Assembly: GCF_028641065.1 (NCBI RefSeq)
Contig: NC_073406.1
Coordinates: 4,960,001-5,024,000, forward strand
Source of the DNA: Leucoraja erinacea
Taxonomy: Eukaryota
Reading direction: 5' to 3'
DNA: 64,000 nucleotides
In this document: positions 1-11,209 of the stretch, one piece after another
Position numbering within the stretch: position 1 is the first letter of the stretch
Layout: the number at the start of each line of letters is the position of its first letter
The notes under the pieces: generated by a model
The model's database searches: none
What the model was told of the DNA's origin: nothing
Seen by the model: only the letters and a program-made list of their open reading frames with translations
Program-made: the position numbers and the translations under genes

Positions 1-419
1 ATAGAGGCTGCCTGACCTACCAAGGTGCTTCAGCACTGTGTGTTTTCACAAACAAACCAACCCCTTCTGAACTATTTTTCAAAGTCTGTCTATCCTTTCT
101 CTCCTTCACCTGTCAGATTGGAGTTGGTTACAGGGCCGCCCGAAACGTTGCCTATTTCCTTTGCTCCATAGATGCTGCTGCACCCACTGAGTTTCTCCAG
201 CACTTTTGTCTACCTTCGGTTTTCCAGCATCTGCAGTTCCTACTTAAACACTTAGAAAACCATGGCATTAGTTTTATCCTACACACTGTGAAGTATCCAT
301 GGTGTAGGATAAAACTACTGCAGTGGTTCGATTTTTCCTCCCAGACAGTGTACGGGTGATCGCTGGTTGGCTCGCAGACTCGGTGTTTCAACGCTGTGTC
401 TCTAAAACTAAACTAAGAT

Positions 420-558
420 AAAACGGTTCAAAAACCCCATTCGCTCTATACAACTAGTGGTCCTTCCGTGAAACAACAAACTCGGTCTACCAGGGATTTG
501 GTCCGCTGTAACTGAAATACATTATAAAGAGGTCCGTTACAGCAAGGGTTTACTGTAT
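420..558 (+). mobile_element. Tc1/pogo(Tigger)-like DNA transposon end
   Basis: Ends gtccgttacagcaagggtttactg|ta, a TIR-like sequence followed by TA. Its reverse complement resembles 25801-25826. Confidence 0.45.
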
Positions 559-714
559 ACCACTCTCACCTGGATTTGAATCTCTCTCTCACCCAACAGA
601 AAGGCCAATTACTAGTTAAAAAAGCTTTCAAATTATCCTCAGATCCACTGATTCTGACAGAATAGGTTTGCTATCCAAAACAGCACTTGGTGGGAGCCAC
701 CATTAATTCTGCTC

Positions 715-950
715 ATAAGTTCTAAGAGCAGAATTAGGCCATTTGACCCATCAAGTCCACTCGGTCCTTCAATCATGGCTGATCTATCTTTCCCTCTCGA
801 CCCCATTCTCCTGCCTTCTCCCCATAACCTCTGACACCCTTACTAATCATGAATCTATCAATCTCTGATTTTAAAATATCCATTGACTTGGCCTCTGCAG
901 CCGTCTGTGGCAATGAATCCCATAGATTCACTGCCCTCTGATTAAATAAA
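715..950 (-). mobile_element. CR1/HER1 LINE 3' fragment in the CPTP 3' UTR
   Basis: FNQRAVNLWDSLPQ...YGEKAGEWG, the CR1 ORF2 C-terminus. Confidence 0.8.
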
Positions 951-992
951 TGATTGCACCGAACATCCCACGACTTTACATAAAACACAGAA

Positions 993-1515
993 TCAAGGAA
1001 GGTCAAGTAAGCCATGTTGAGCGTACAAGTCCTGCGTGATATCGTAGGCCTTTGAAATGAGTGGCACAGCCTCTCCGAGCGTCTCCACGACCTTTTCAGT
1101 TGTGCCCATGTTCATGACCTCAAAGAAGTCTGCGCGACCGGGCAGAAAATGGAATGCAAGAACGGCAGACTTGCGCACTATCCACTGGTGATAGTTTGCC
1201 AGAGAGTCGTTGTAGGCCTCTGCGCACAAGACGGAGGTGTTGCTGTCATCGGAGGACACCCGTAGCTTTTCCAGGAAGAGCTGCAGCCACCTGAGGGCAC
1301 GGTGGAGTCTCAGTAGAGTACGGCAGCCAGAGTCCCAGTGATCGCCTCGCTTCTTCATGTCCACCAGCTTGTTGTCGACCTCGTACTTCACCATTGACTG
1401 GATGGTTTTATACTCGCTGCCGTTTTCGCCACTTTGGTAGTTTTCCAGAATTTGAATTTTGGTGACAGCATCCTTTGAAATAAAGGAAAAGGCTGTACCC
1501 AGGCTGCTCATGAAC
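993..1515 (-). CDS. CPTP: Ceramide-1-phosphate transfer protein (GLTP domain), coding exon 2 (last)
   Basis: Acceptor ...ccctgtttag|G at 1515, TGA at 993-995. Translation FMSSLGTAFSFISKDAVTKIQIL...SGCRTLLRLHRALRWLQLFL...LLDLP is GLTP-fold/CPTP-like. Length 523 nt (3n+1) fits the phase-2 exon 1. Confidence 0.95.
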
Positions 1516-2008
1516 CTAAACAGGGAATGAAATAACACACTTTAAATGTCGATGCAATTAAAATTTGAAGTAAAGAGAAAGAAAATTAGATATTAGAAAT
1601 TGAAAATAGGTGGTATTCGAGTGCACAATAATCACAGCCAGGGCATCCTATCCAAATTCTGAACTTATTTACTTGCAAGCCACTATTCCAACAAAATTCC
1701 ACTTTATTTTGTGGTTTTAAGAGGGGGTGGGAGAGAAATCATGATGTGCAAATCGTGAAAAATTATTAAGTGTAACAGTTATGATAATCAGCCTTTGGGT
1801 AGCATACAAAACAAAGAAACAAAACGCTGGAGTAACTGAGCGGGTCAGGCAGCAGCTCTGGAGAAATGAAATAGGTGACGTTTCGGATCACGACCCTTCC
1901 TCAAACTTAAGCAATATTTATCTGGTGTTATTTTGGATTTGCCGCATCTGTAGTTGTTGTTGTTGTTAGTGGATTTTGAGGATGACATTAGGTCGGCCGC
2001 ACACTCAC

Positions 2009-2127
2009 TTCACCAGACCCTTCCACCCAGCCAGGTAGTGCTGCTGCTCCAGCTCGCCGCTCTGGGTCAGGCAGTGTTTGAATGATTCCAGGACCTCGCT
2101 CAGCCTGAAGGCCTCCGCCGCCGCCAT
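2009..2127 (-). CDS. CPTP: CPTP coding exon 1, copy A (proximal)
   Basis: ATG at 2125-2127, MAAAEAFRLSEVLESFKHCLTQSGELEQQHYLAGWKGLV, donor AA|gtgagt. 119+523 nt gives 213 aa plus stop. Confidence 0.9.
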
Positions 2128-2545
2128 CTTGCCGCCAGCGGCCGCCGGCCAATCACACGGCGCGTACCACAGACTCCCGCCCGGGTCCTGTATGGAAGCG
2201 GCAACACGATTGGCTGAGCCCGGCAGAGGGGCGGGGAAGTAGGCGTTGTCGAGGCAACGGCGGTAGGTAGGCCCGAAGCCTCGGTCTTGCGTGACGGGCC
2301 GGCTGGTGTTGTCGTTCTTGGTTCTTGGTTTCTTCGTCCTCCAAAGTATTCCAAATGGAATTTAAACTGGAGGTGGTGAAGGTAGGGATTAAGCCAGAAA
2401 GGGTTATTGGGAAGAAAGAGCTACTTTAAATTTAGTTGCATCTGGTTGGGTAACTATAGTAGAGGTAACTATAGTAGGGTCGTTCGCATGTTTCCTCGGT
2501 GCTGGTCCGTGTGAGGAGCGGCTGCCCGCCACGGAAAGGTGAGGA
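2110..2545. promoter_or_regulatory. CpG-rich bidirectional promoter, copy A
   Basis: YY1-type GCCGCCATCTT over the CPTP ATG, opposed CCAAT boxes (ggccaatca, gattggc), GC box ggggcgggg, ETS ggaagt, CRE half-site gtgacg, and a plus-strand donor AAG|gtgagg at 2538/2539. Confidence 0.7.
2317..2478 (-). mobile_element. 162-bp insertion in promoter copy A with 6-bp TSD
   Basis: Absent from copy B. Flanked by GTCGTT at 2311-2316 and 2479-2484. The minus-strand end reads GAAGAAACCAAGAACCAAG, like a retroposon repeat tail. Confidence 0.65.
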
Positions 2546-3564
2546 CGGCACCCCGGTTCAATGGAAAGAGAATGGGTGGTTAAGAACAAGAAGGCTTTTA
2601 GTGCATCAGTCAGGGTATTGAGTAAAGAAGTAGAAAAAAATGATCTCGACCCGAAAGGAGATGCTGTATGTAAGACCGGCTGAGATACTCCAGCACTTTA
2701 TATCCATCTATCGAGTAGAGAAGTTGGGTTAGACACAAAATGCTGGAGTAACTCATCCATGCCCTGCACATTAGAAGCAGTTTAAAGAGGCTAATTAACA
2801 TACAAACTTGTGCATCTTTGGGACTCAAGAGGCAACCGGATCCACCTGGAGGAAACCCACGTGGACACAGAAAGAATGTGCAAATCTCCACACAGACAGC
2901 AGCCAAGATCAGGAATGAACCCTACCAAAGGACCATTAAACTAATTCCATTGCTCTACTCACTCTCTGTAACTTCACAGCTGCCCATACACCAAATAAAT
3001 GCACAGGAAAGCTCAGAATTGTTTTCTTTTTCTCTGGATGGGCGATGGTTCAGGACTAAACCAATATATTCCCCAAAGTTATAAAGTTGCCTTGAGGAAG
3101 CAAATAAAGATCACCCCCCTCCCACAGGTCACTAACAAGTAGCGTAATTATCCAGACAAAGATGGACAAGATTCATTTCCCTTGCAGATGCTGGTTTACA
3201 CCGAAGATAGGCACAAAAAGCTGGAGTAACTCAGCGGGACAGGCAACTTCTCTGGAGAGAAGGAATGGGTGACATTTTGGGTCGAGAACCTTCTTCAGAC
3301 AAAGTCACGCGAAAGGGAAATGAGAAATATAGACCATGATGTAGAGATATAGAACAATGAACGAAAGATATGCAAAAAAGCTATGATGATAATAAAGGAA
3401 ACAGGCCATCGTTAGCTGTTTATTAGGTGAAAATGAGAAGCTGGTGCGACTTGGGTGGGGGAGGGATAAAGAGGGAATGCCATGCTTACTTGAAGTTAGA
3501 GAAATCAATATCACTGGATTGTAAGCTCACCAAACGAAACATGAGATGCTGTTCCTCCAATTTG

Positions 3565-3853
3565 CATTTATAGCATGGAAACATGCCCTTCAGTCTACCA
3601 ATTCCACACTGACCATTGATCATCTGTTCATGCTAGTTCTATGTTATCCCACTTTCTCATCAGCTCCCTACACAATAGGGGCAATTTGCAGGGGGCCGAT
3701 GAACCTACAAACCCGCTGGTCTTTGAGATGTGGAGGGAGACAGGAGCACCCGGAGGAAACCCACGCAGTCATGGGGTGGAACGTGCAAACTCACACAGAC
3801 CGCACCCGAGGTTAGGATCGAACTTGGGTCTCCGGCGCTGAGGCAGCAGCTCC
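3565..3853 (-). mobile_element. HE1/V-SINE
   Basis: tRNA-like head, V-domain, CR1-like tail. Very similar to the copy at 8735-9042. Confidence 0.75.
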
Positions 3854-4738
3854 AGTGATCTAGAGATTATATTCCTATCTCCATAATGCAACATATGATG
3901 CTGGATGGTGCAAGATATCCAAGATGTGCTAGATGGTGCAAAACAAGAAATACTTTTTGCCTTCCATCACAGTGAGGAATCCGCTGTGGTAGATATTTAT
4001 GTCAACTTTTATGTAGTTGTGTGTCTTGTTTTTTTTGAGTGTGGCTGTATGGTAATCGAGTTTCACTGTATCTTAATTTGTACATGACAATAAAAGATCT
4101 TTGAAACCTTTGAAGTAGATACGATAGTAACAAAGGTGTATAGATTGCTTACATTCAGGACAATGAGTATAAAAGATAGGAATTTCACATTACAGCTTTA
4201 TTAAAGTGGTTTGATCACATGTGGATCTTTGTGTGAATTACTGGTCGCCCTATTACAGGAAGGGCGTGGAGGATTTAGAGAGGGTGCAGAAAGAGGTTTA
4301 CCAGGATGTTGCCTGCATTTAGGTATAAGTGTCACATGTACCAAGGCACATTGACAAGCCGGGGTGAAACTGGTCTTTGATTATGCTGATGGCCTTGCCG
4401 AGGCAGCATGAAGTGTAGATGGAGTCAATGGCATTAAGAATGTTTAATTTAGCAGTTCTACTGTGCTACCCACTACCTTGGCGCTGTATGGCAGCAACTC
4501 TACCGCTGCGCCACAGTGTTGCCCTAACATTGCCAGTGTTCTGTAACATAATGTCCCAACTTCCATGCTCAATATCCTGACTGATGAAGGACAAGGTTCC
4601 AGAAGCTTTCTATGCTTTGTATCTTAGTTTAGTTTATTGTCACGTGTACCGAGGTACAGTGAAACGCTTTTTAAACGGGCATCTGCTGTTGTGGCCCCAC
4701 GATCTCTGGGCCTGGTCCGGTGATTGTGGATTGTTGCT

Positions 4739-5247
4739 CTAACTCCTGTGGACGCGATGGTGCCCGATGAGGTTGGAGGCGCTTTTGAAGCCCTTGCCGC
4801 ACTTGAGGCAGCAGTAGGGCCGATCCTCGGAGTGTGTGCGGTAGTGCACCTGCACGGTGGAGGTTCGCCGGAAGGTCTTGCCACAGATGGGACAGGTGTA
4901 GGGCCTCTCTCCCGTGTGGATGCGCTTGTGGGTGACCAGCTGGTGCTGCTGCACAAACTCGCGGCCGCACGCCCTGCACTTGTACTGCTTCTCCCCGCGG
5001 TGGATCAGCTGGTGAATCTGCAGGTTGTAGGAGGTGCTGAAGCGTTTGCCGCAGGACGGGCACCAGTATGGACGCTCGCCGCTATGTACCCTGCCGTGTC
5101 GCTTCAGGTCGCAGTGCTGCTTGAAGCTCCTGCCGCACTCCGCGCAGGTGAAGGGCCTCGGGTCTCCGTCAGCACCAGCGCTGCGGCCAGCAGCAGCATC
5201 CTGCGAACCGGTGCCCGCATCTGATTGCTGCATTGTCCCCATCTCAC
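4739..5247 (-). CDS. C2H2 zinc-finger protein (5 fingers), exon 2
   Basis: Five CxxC-x12-HxxxH fingers with SGERP/RGEKQ/TGERP/SEDRP linkers. Acceptor tgcattgcag|GT at 5247, TAG at 4739-4741. Length 509 nt (3n+2). Confidence 0.88.
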
Positions 5248-6469
5248 CTGCAATGCAGCATGTCGCATTCACTATGCATCACAATCACATGCATTAGAAA
5301 CATAGAAAATAGGTGCAAGAGTGGGCCATTCGACCCTTCGAGCCAACACCGCCATTCAATATGATCATGTCTGATCATCTAAAATCTGTTACCATGTTCC
5401 TGCTTTTCCCCCCCCATATCCCTTGATTCCGTTAGCATCAAGAGCTAAATCTAACTCTCTGTTGAAAACATTAAAATTCAACACCTGCTAGAAGTATATA
5501 AATTAAGAGAGGCATAAATAGGGTAGACAGTCAGAACCTTCACCTCAGAGTGGAAATGTCAAAGAATAGAGGGCATAGCTTTAATGTTTAGAGATATGGA
5601 GCAGAAACAGGCCCTTTGGCCGACAAAATCCATCCCACCAGCGTAAATATAAAACATACCCAGAGCCAACCAGCTGTTTTCTTACTGGTTTAGTTTGGAG
5701 ATACAGCATGGAAAGAGGCCCTTCGGCCCACCGATTGCGCGCCGACCAGCGACCCCTTCACACTAGCACCATCCTACACACTAAGGACAATTTTGCGAGT
5801 CATTGCAGACATGCAGAATCTCCTCAATCGCACTGTTCTAGGTTCTATGCCTACCCTATTTATGCCGTTTGTATAGTTAGGACATAGAACAGCACAGCAG
5901 AGCAACAGACCCTTCAATTTACAATGTTTGTGCCGAACCTGATTCTAAGACCGACTCTTATTTCCGACTACATTCTTTCTTTGTCCGGCCCCCTCCCCTG
6001 ACAGTCTGAAGAAGGGTCTGACCCGAAATATCACCCATTCCTTCTCTCCAGAGATGCTGCCTGACCCACTGAGTGACTCCAGCATTTCCTGTCTACCTTT
6101 GATTTAAACCAACATCTGCATTTCTTTCCAACACCAACTATTATCTGACTTGAATGGTGCTTGATGGAGCTAGATACAGTGACATTCTTTGTTTTGCATT
6201 ACAGTTCAGTAAAATCACTCTATGCAGAAGCACAATCATAATGTCACTCGTGTCAGGCAGGATCTGGTGGAGATGTAGATGTAGTGTGAGCAATAAATCG
6301 CCCACGTTGTGACATTGGCAGAGAACAATGCAGGTCTGTTTGGAAGGGATGGGGATGTAAACAGTGAGCGTCCTGGGCCTAGCAAGCCTCCCATGCGTCT
6401 GTCGTTTTAATTCAGGCGAAGCAAGTTGTCTCTTTGCAAGCATGGCGTTGCATTGCATAGTAAGCCCGG

Positions 6470-6612
6470 TGTGTGCGCGGTCTGCCGGCCTGTGTTCCCG
6501 GGGTGTTTACCTGCCATCGTCCCACCGCCGCCGCCACTGGCCTCGCCCTCTGACCCTCCGCACATGCGCCCGCCCGCCCACTGCGGAGATAGAGGCCTTT
6601 CCCTCGCGACAG
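6470..6612 (-). promoter_or_regulatory. CpG-rich promoter/first exon of the zinc-finger gene
   Basis: Local CpG enrichment, NRF1-like cgcacatgcgc, GC boxes (cccgcccgccc), and a ggcggcggcgg leader before the ATG. Confidence 0.55.
6511..6517 (-). CDS. C2H2 zinc-finger protein, coding part of exon 1 (ATG GCA G)
   Basis: gggacgATGGCAG|gtaaac in a CpG-rich patch. The phase-1 donor matches the 5247 acceptor, giving MAGEMGTMQQSD..., 171 aa in total. Confidence 0.65.
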
Positions 6613-7992
6613 GGATTCTGGGTAACTGGTCACGGCTGACATTTTCTTTCAAATGTTACACCTCACCCATTGCTTCTCTCCAGAGATGCTGCCTAACCCA
6701 CTGAGTTACTCCAGCATTTTTACGTCAATCCTCAGCTCAACCCAATGGGGTAAAGGCAGGAGAATGGGGTTGAAAGGGGAAAAAAATCGATCAAATAGAG
6801 AAGAAAAATGAGTGCTGATCGATCAACAGGGATTGTGAGAAGCAGGGACTCGATGTGCCAAAACTTTGCACCCTCCTATGGTCTACAAGCAGATGTGAAT
6901 GAGTGCTGATGTTAATTATTTTGATCAAACAGGGATAGTGTGAATTGGTCAAAGCCTGGGACAAACATTTAGAAAGGAGATGAAGATGAATTTCAGTTGG
7001 AAATCACATAAAATTGCCACAGAACACCCTCCATATTTTTAAGGTGAAATTGACAGATTTTAATTAGCCTTATTGAGGTACAAGCAGATGACATTTTTGA
7101 ATTGTCCAAATGCCTACCTCTTACGATGTATGAATTGCTAAAATGCTGATGTCAGGCAGCAGCTTAAAGGTTTATGCTAGATTGCCAAATTATCTGCCGT
7201 GAAAAGAAACTAACTGTTTTACACTAGTGAGAGTGTCTAGAATCAGATTTTGAGGATCAAATTAGGTCCTCAGAATAAGCTCCTTCCATCCAGCAGGTAG
7301 ACAGATTCTTAATTAGTACGGGTGTCGAAGGGGTTATCTGGGAGAAGGTAGGAGTATGGGGTCGAGAGGGAAAGATAGATCAGCCATGATTGAATGGTGG
7401 AGTTGACTTTATGGGTCGAATGTCCTAACTCTGCTCCTACAACGTATGAATTCAAATAAATATAATTGCCTACAGAACACTGTGGCCAGGCCATCTAATC
7501 AATTGATATTTTTAAGGTGATGATTGACAGATTCTTAATTAGTACAGGTGCAACGGGCAGTTTAGGTCTGGTAGTAATGGGGCAATATAGAAATAAAGAC
7601 AGAATAAGCAACCAATGTGACGGATAGACTGGGGAAATCTATCGGCGGGACTCCGAGTTCAGCAATGTGATAGTGTTGTTGAAGAAGCTGCACCTTTATC
7701 ATTGCATAACTTTCATTCATTTGTTCTTTATCACTCTACATCACCGTCTAAATCTCTCGTTTCCCTTTCCCATGACTCTCAGATTGAAGGGTCTCGATCT
7801 GAAATGTCACTCCAGAGATGCTGTCTGACCCAAAATGCTGCTGAGTTACATTTGTGTCTATCTTCGGTATTTTAAACCAAAGATCTTAAACCAGCATCTG
7901 CAGTTCCTTCCTACAATATCCTTCCTGCTATACTCATGGGTTGTTGTTGTTATTGGATTTTGAGAATGACATTAGGTCGGCAGCTCACTCAC

Positions 7993-8111
7993 TTCACCAG
8001 CCCCTTCCACCCAGCCAGGTAGTGCTGCTGCTCCAGCTCGCCACTCTGGGTCAGGCAGCATCTGAATGATTCCAGGACCTCGCTCAGCCTGAAGGTCTCG
8101 GCCGCCGCCAT
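7993..8111 (-). CDS. CPTP: CPTP coding exon 1, copy B (distal duplicate; alternative first exon or relic)
   Basis: ATG at 8109-8111, MAAAETFRLSEVLESFRCCLTQSGELEQQHYLAGWKGLV, intact donor AA|gtgagt. 7 differences in 119 nt versus copy A. Confidence 0.6.
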
Positions 8112-8360
8112 CTTGCCGCTAGCGGCCGCCGGCCAATCACACGGCGCGTACCACAGACTCCCGCCCGGGTCCTGTATGGAAGCGGCGACGCGATTGGCTA
8201 AACCCGGCGGAGGGGCGGGGAAGTAGGCGTTGTCGAGGCAACGGCGGTAGGTAGGCCCGAAGCCTCGGGCTTGCGTGACGGGCCGGCTGGTGTCGTCGTT
8301 CGCTTGTTTCCTTGGTGCTGATCCGTGTGAGGAGCGGCTGCTCGCCACTTAAAGGTGAGG
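8095..8360. promoter_or_regulatory. CpG-rich bidirectional promoter, copy B, with probable non-coding INTS11 leader exon (donor after 8354)
   Basis: Same YY1/CCAAT/GC-box/ETS/CRE array as copy A. Plus-strand donor AAG|gtgagg at 8354/8355 and a matching acceptor ctgacag|A at 9599/9600 before the INTS11 ATG. Confidence 0.72.
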
Positions 8361-8734
8361 AGGGCACCCCGGTTCAATGGAAGGAGATGGGGTGGTCAAG
8401 AAGGCTTTTAGTGCATCAGACAGGGTATTGAGTAAAGAAGTAGAAAAAAAGGCCCCCGACCCGAAAGGAGATGCTGTATATGGCCCCCTGAGATACTCCA
8501 GCACTTTATGTGTATCTATCGAGTATACGTTGGGTTAGACACACAATGCTGGATTAACTCAGCGGGTCAGGCAGCATCTCTGGAGAACATGGATAGGTGA
8601 CATATCAGGTCAGGGTGCTTCTTCAGACTGAGAGTCGAGACATTATGTTACAGTTGTACAATATGTTGATGAGGCCACTAATTACCAAAGATCCTCTCTG
8701 CTATAAGATCTTTGCTGATTACTGTAGTTTATTT

Positions 8735-9042
8735 TAGAGATATAGCATGGAAACGTGCCCTTCAATCCACCCACTCCACACTGACCATTGATCACCCATT
8801 CATGCTAGTTCTATGTTATCCCACTTTCTCATCCACGCCCTGCATACTATGGGGCAATTTGCAGTTGCCAATTAACCTCCAAACCTGCACGTCTTTGGGA
8901 TGCTTGGGAAACCGGAGCACCCAGAGGAAACCCACGCAGTCACAGGGAGAACGTGCAAATTCATCACAGACAGCACCCGAAGTTAGGATCGAACCTGGAT
9001 CTCTAACGCTGTGAGGCGGCAACTTTACCTACTGTGCCACAA
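8735..9042 (-). mobile_element. HE1/V-SINE
   Basis: Same SINE consensus as the other copies. Confidence 0.75.
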
Positions 9043-9617
9043 TATTGCCGCAGTACTCTGTTCAGTTTTAGTCAACCGGCTGTAGGAAGGATTTCATTCT
9101 GCTGGAAAGGGTGCAGAGATGATTTATGAGGATGTTGCCAGGCATCAAGGGCCTGAGCTATGGGGAGAGGTTGGGCAGTTCTTTGGAGTGTATAGGCTGA
9201 AGGGTTATCTTATGGAGGTGTATAAAATCACGATGAAGGGGATAGATAGGGCGAACGCACAGGCTTTTACCCAGATTAGGGGAAATCAAAGCTGAAGGAT
9301 AGAAAACCTGTGAATTGTGGAGCTGGAGGAAGGATTAAGGGGGAAGGGAAGGGGAGGGGAGAGGGGTGTTTATAGAAGTTACCTAAAACTGGGGAATTCA
9401 ATGTCCATACCGCTGGGCTGTAAGCGGTGCTGCTCCATCAGTTTGTGTGTGGCCTCACTCTGGTAATGGAGGAGGGCCAGGCCAGAAAGATCAGTATAGA
9501 TACTTTGTGTTGTGTTTTGCTTATATTGAGTTCTTCAAACTTAACAGCTTTCCTTGACAACATTTAGAATGACTGACTGACTTCACTCCAATCTGACAGA
9601 GCGAAACCTAGTTACAA

Positions 9618-9645
9618 ATGCCTGAAATAAAAGTCACGCCTTTGG
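9618..9645 (+). CDS. INTS11: Integrator complex subunit 11, coding exon 1
   Basis: MPEIKVTPL-G|gtaag, 28 nt. Confidence 0.93.
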
Positions 9646-9734
9646 GTAAGAAATCCAACATTATGGCAAATTTTACAATGGAACTCGTGGTGCAATGAGT
9701 TCAGAAAATGGACCCTTTCTTGATTTTATTTCAG

Positions 9735-9832
9735 GTGCGGGCCAGGATGTGGGCCGGAGCTGTATTTTGGTCTCAATTGGTGGGAAAAACGTGATGCTGG
9801 ATTGTGGAATGCACATGGGATTTAATGACGAT
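9735..9832 (+). CDS. INTS11: INTS11 coding exon 2
   Basis: [37 protein letters not shown] boundaries, 98 nt. Confidence 0.95.
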
Positions 9833-9954
9833 GTAAGTAAATGTGATTATTTAAGATGAAAGAAAATACAGGAACGATGTTATCGTTCGCTTATTTTTAC
9901 CTAAAGGAATATCTTGTCTGGAGCATTAAATTAATGGGCAACGTCAAGTCAAGA

Positions 9955-10300
9955 ACCGATCTCTCTGTCCTGGGTCTCCTCCATTGCCAGAGTGAGCAAC
10001 ACCGGAAATTGGAGGAACAGCACCTCATATTCCGCCTGGGTTGCTTGTGTCCGGATGGCATGAACGTTGAATTCTCTCAGTTTTGCGAGCCCTTGCTGTC
10101 TCCTCCCCTTCCTTAACCCTCGAGCTGTCTCCTCCCATCCCCTCGCCCCCGGATTCCCCCTCCTCCCTTTATTCCTTCCTTCTCCCCCCCCCCACCCCCC
10201 ATCAGTCTGAAGAAGAGTTTTGGCCCAAAACGTCGCCTATTTCCTTCACTCCATAGATGCTGCTGCACCTGCTGAGTTTCTCCAGCATTTTTGTGTACTT
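9955..10300 (+). mobile_element. Penelope-like element 3' fragment
   Basis: DLSVLGLLHCQSEQHRKLEEQHLIFRLG...GMNVEF (GIY-YIG endonuclease C-terminus) plus a terminal repeat with a degenerate hammerhead core. Confidence 0.8.
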
Positions 10301-11135
10301 AGTGAGTTTAAATGTCATTGCACCGAAACAGAACCATGGAATTCTTGCTTGCATCAGCTGTAAACACAGTACTCAATGAATAACATAATAAACACAATAA
10401 GTTCAATATATTAAAAAAGGCCAATGTTAGAGCAAAACCAAATAAAAGGCCAAAATCCCACCACATAAATCATCCTCGCCATACCCGCTCTATCCAAGCC
10501 TTTAACTATTCGGTAAGTTTCAATGAGGTCCCCCCCCCCCCCCCACCTTCTAAACTCCACCGAGTACAGGCACAGTGCCGTCAAATGTTCATCATATGTT
10601 CACCCAATCATTCCTGGGATTATTCTCGTAAACCTCCTCTGGACCCTCTCCAATGCCAGCACATCCTTCCTCAGATATGGGGCCCAAAACTGCTCACAAT
10701 ACTCCAAATGCAGTTTGGTCATTAAGGCCAAAATGAGACTCTACATTTTTACCAGATGTGGACTCGAGTCACACAAACTGGTGCCAGATATGTGGCGACT
10801 CTTTTGTATTGTCTCTGTAAAATCTACTGCACCTACACTCTTGTACTTAAGCATAATTGTGCCCATGTACGGTAAGATTTTTATTGAATTGTATACAAAA
10901 TTTCACTGCAGCTAGGAACATGTGCCAATAAAGTACCAGGCAGCATAGAGGTTACGGGCATGGATAAAATGCCAATAGAGCCAAATATGCCAAATGTCCT
11001 TATTCATTGCTGCAAACCTCCCAAAAATGCATCCCAGCTGCATCGATAACACCGATGAGAATGGAAGCAGAGCTTTGCTGATCTTCCTGTCTCCGTGCGG
11101 CCTCTGTGATTAATTGCGGCTTCCTTCTTTTCCAG

Positions 11136-11209
11136 AGACGCTTCCCTGACTTCTCCTACATAACTCAGAATGGAAGACTCACAGAATTCCTCGACTGTGT
11201 CATTATCAG
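11136..11209 (+). CDS. INTS11: INTS11 coding exon 3
   Basis: [24 protein letters not shown], 74 nt. Confidence 0.95.

Noticed and set aside
2448-2478. GGTAACTATAGTAG resembling a homing-endonuclease/rDNA target (TAACTATAACGGTCC)
   Set aside because: The match is only about 8 nt and there is no rRNA context.
4724-5224. 166-aa plus-strand ORF and other overlapping ORFs at the zinc-finger exon
   Set aside because: Antisense or alternate-frame shadows of a GC-rich coding exon, with no recognisable motifs.
6720-7560. Scrambled, partly repeated blocks between the zinc-finger promoter and promoter copy B
   Set aside because: They look like decayed or poorly polished CR1 3' fragments, and I could not establish a consistent repeat unit or ORF.
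7989-8348. 119-aa ORF suggesting an N-terminally extended CPTP
   Set aside because: The upstream part is promoter sequence opened from a non-ATG start, and the ORF ends in the intron just after the donor. The real start is the ATG at 8111.
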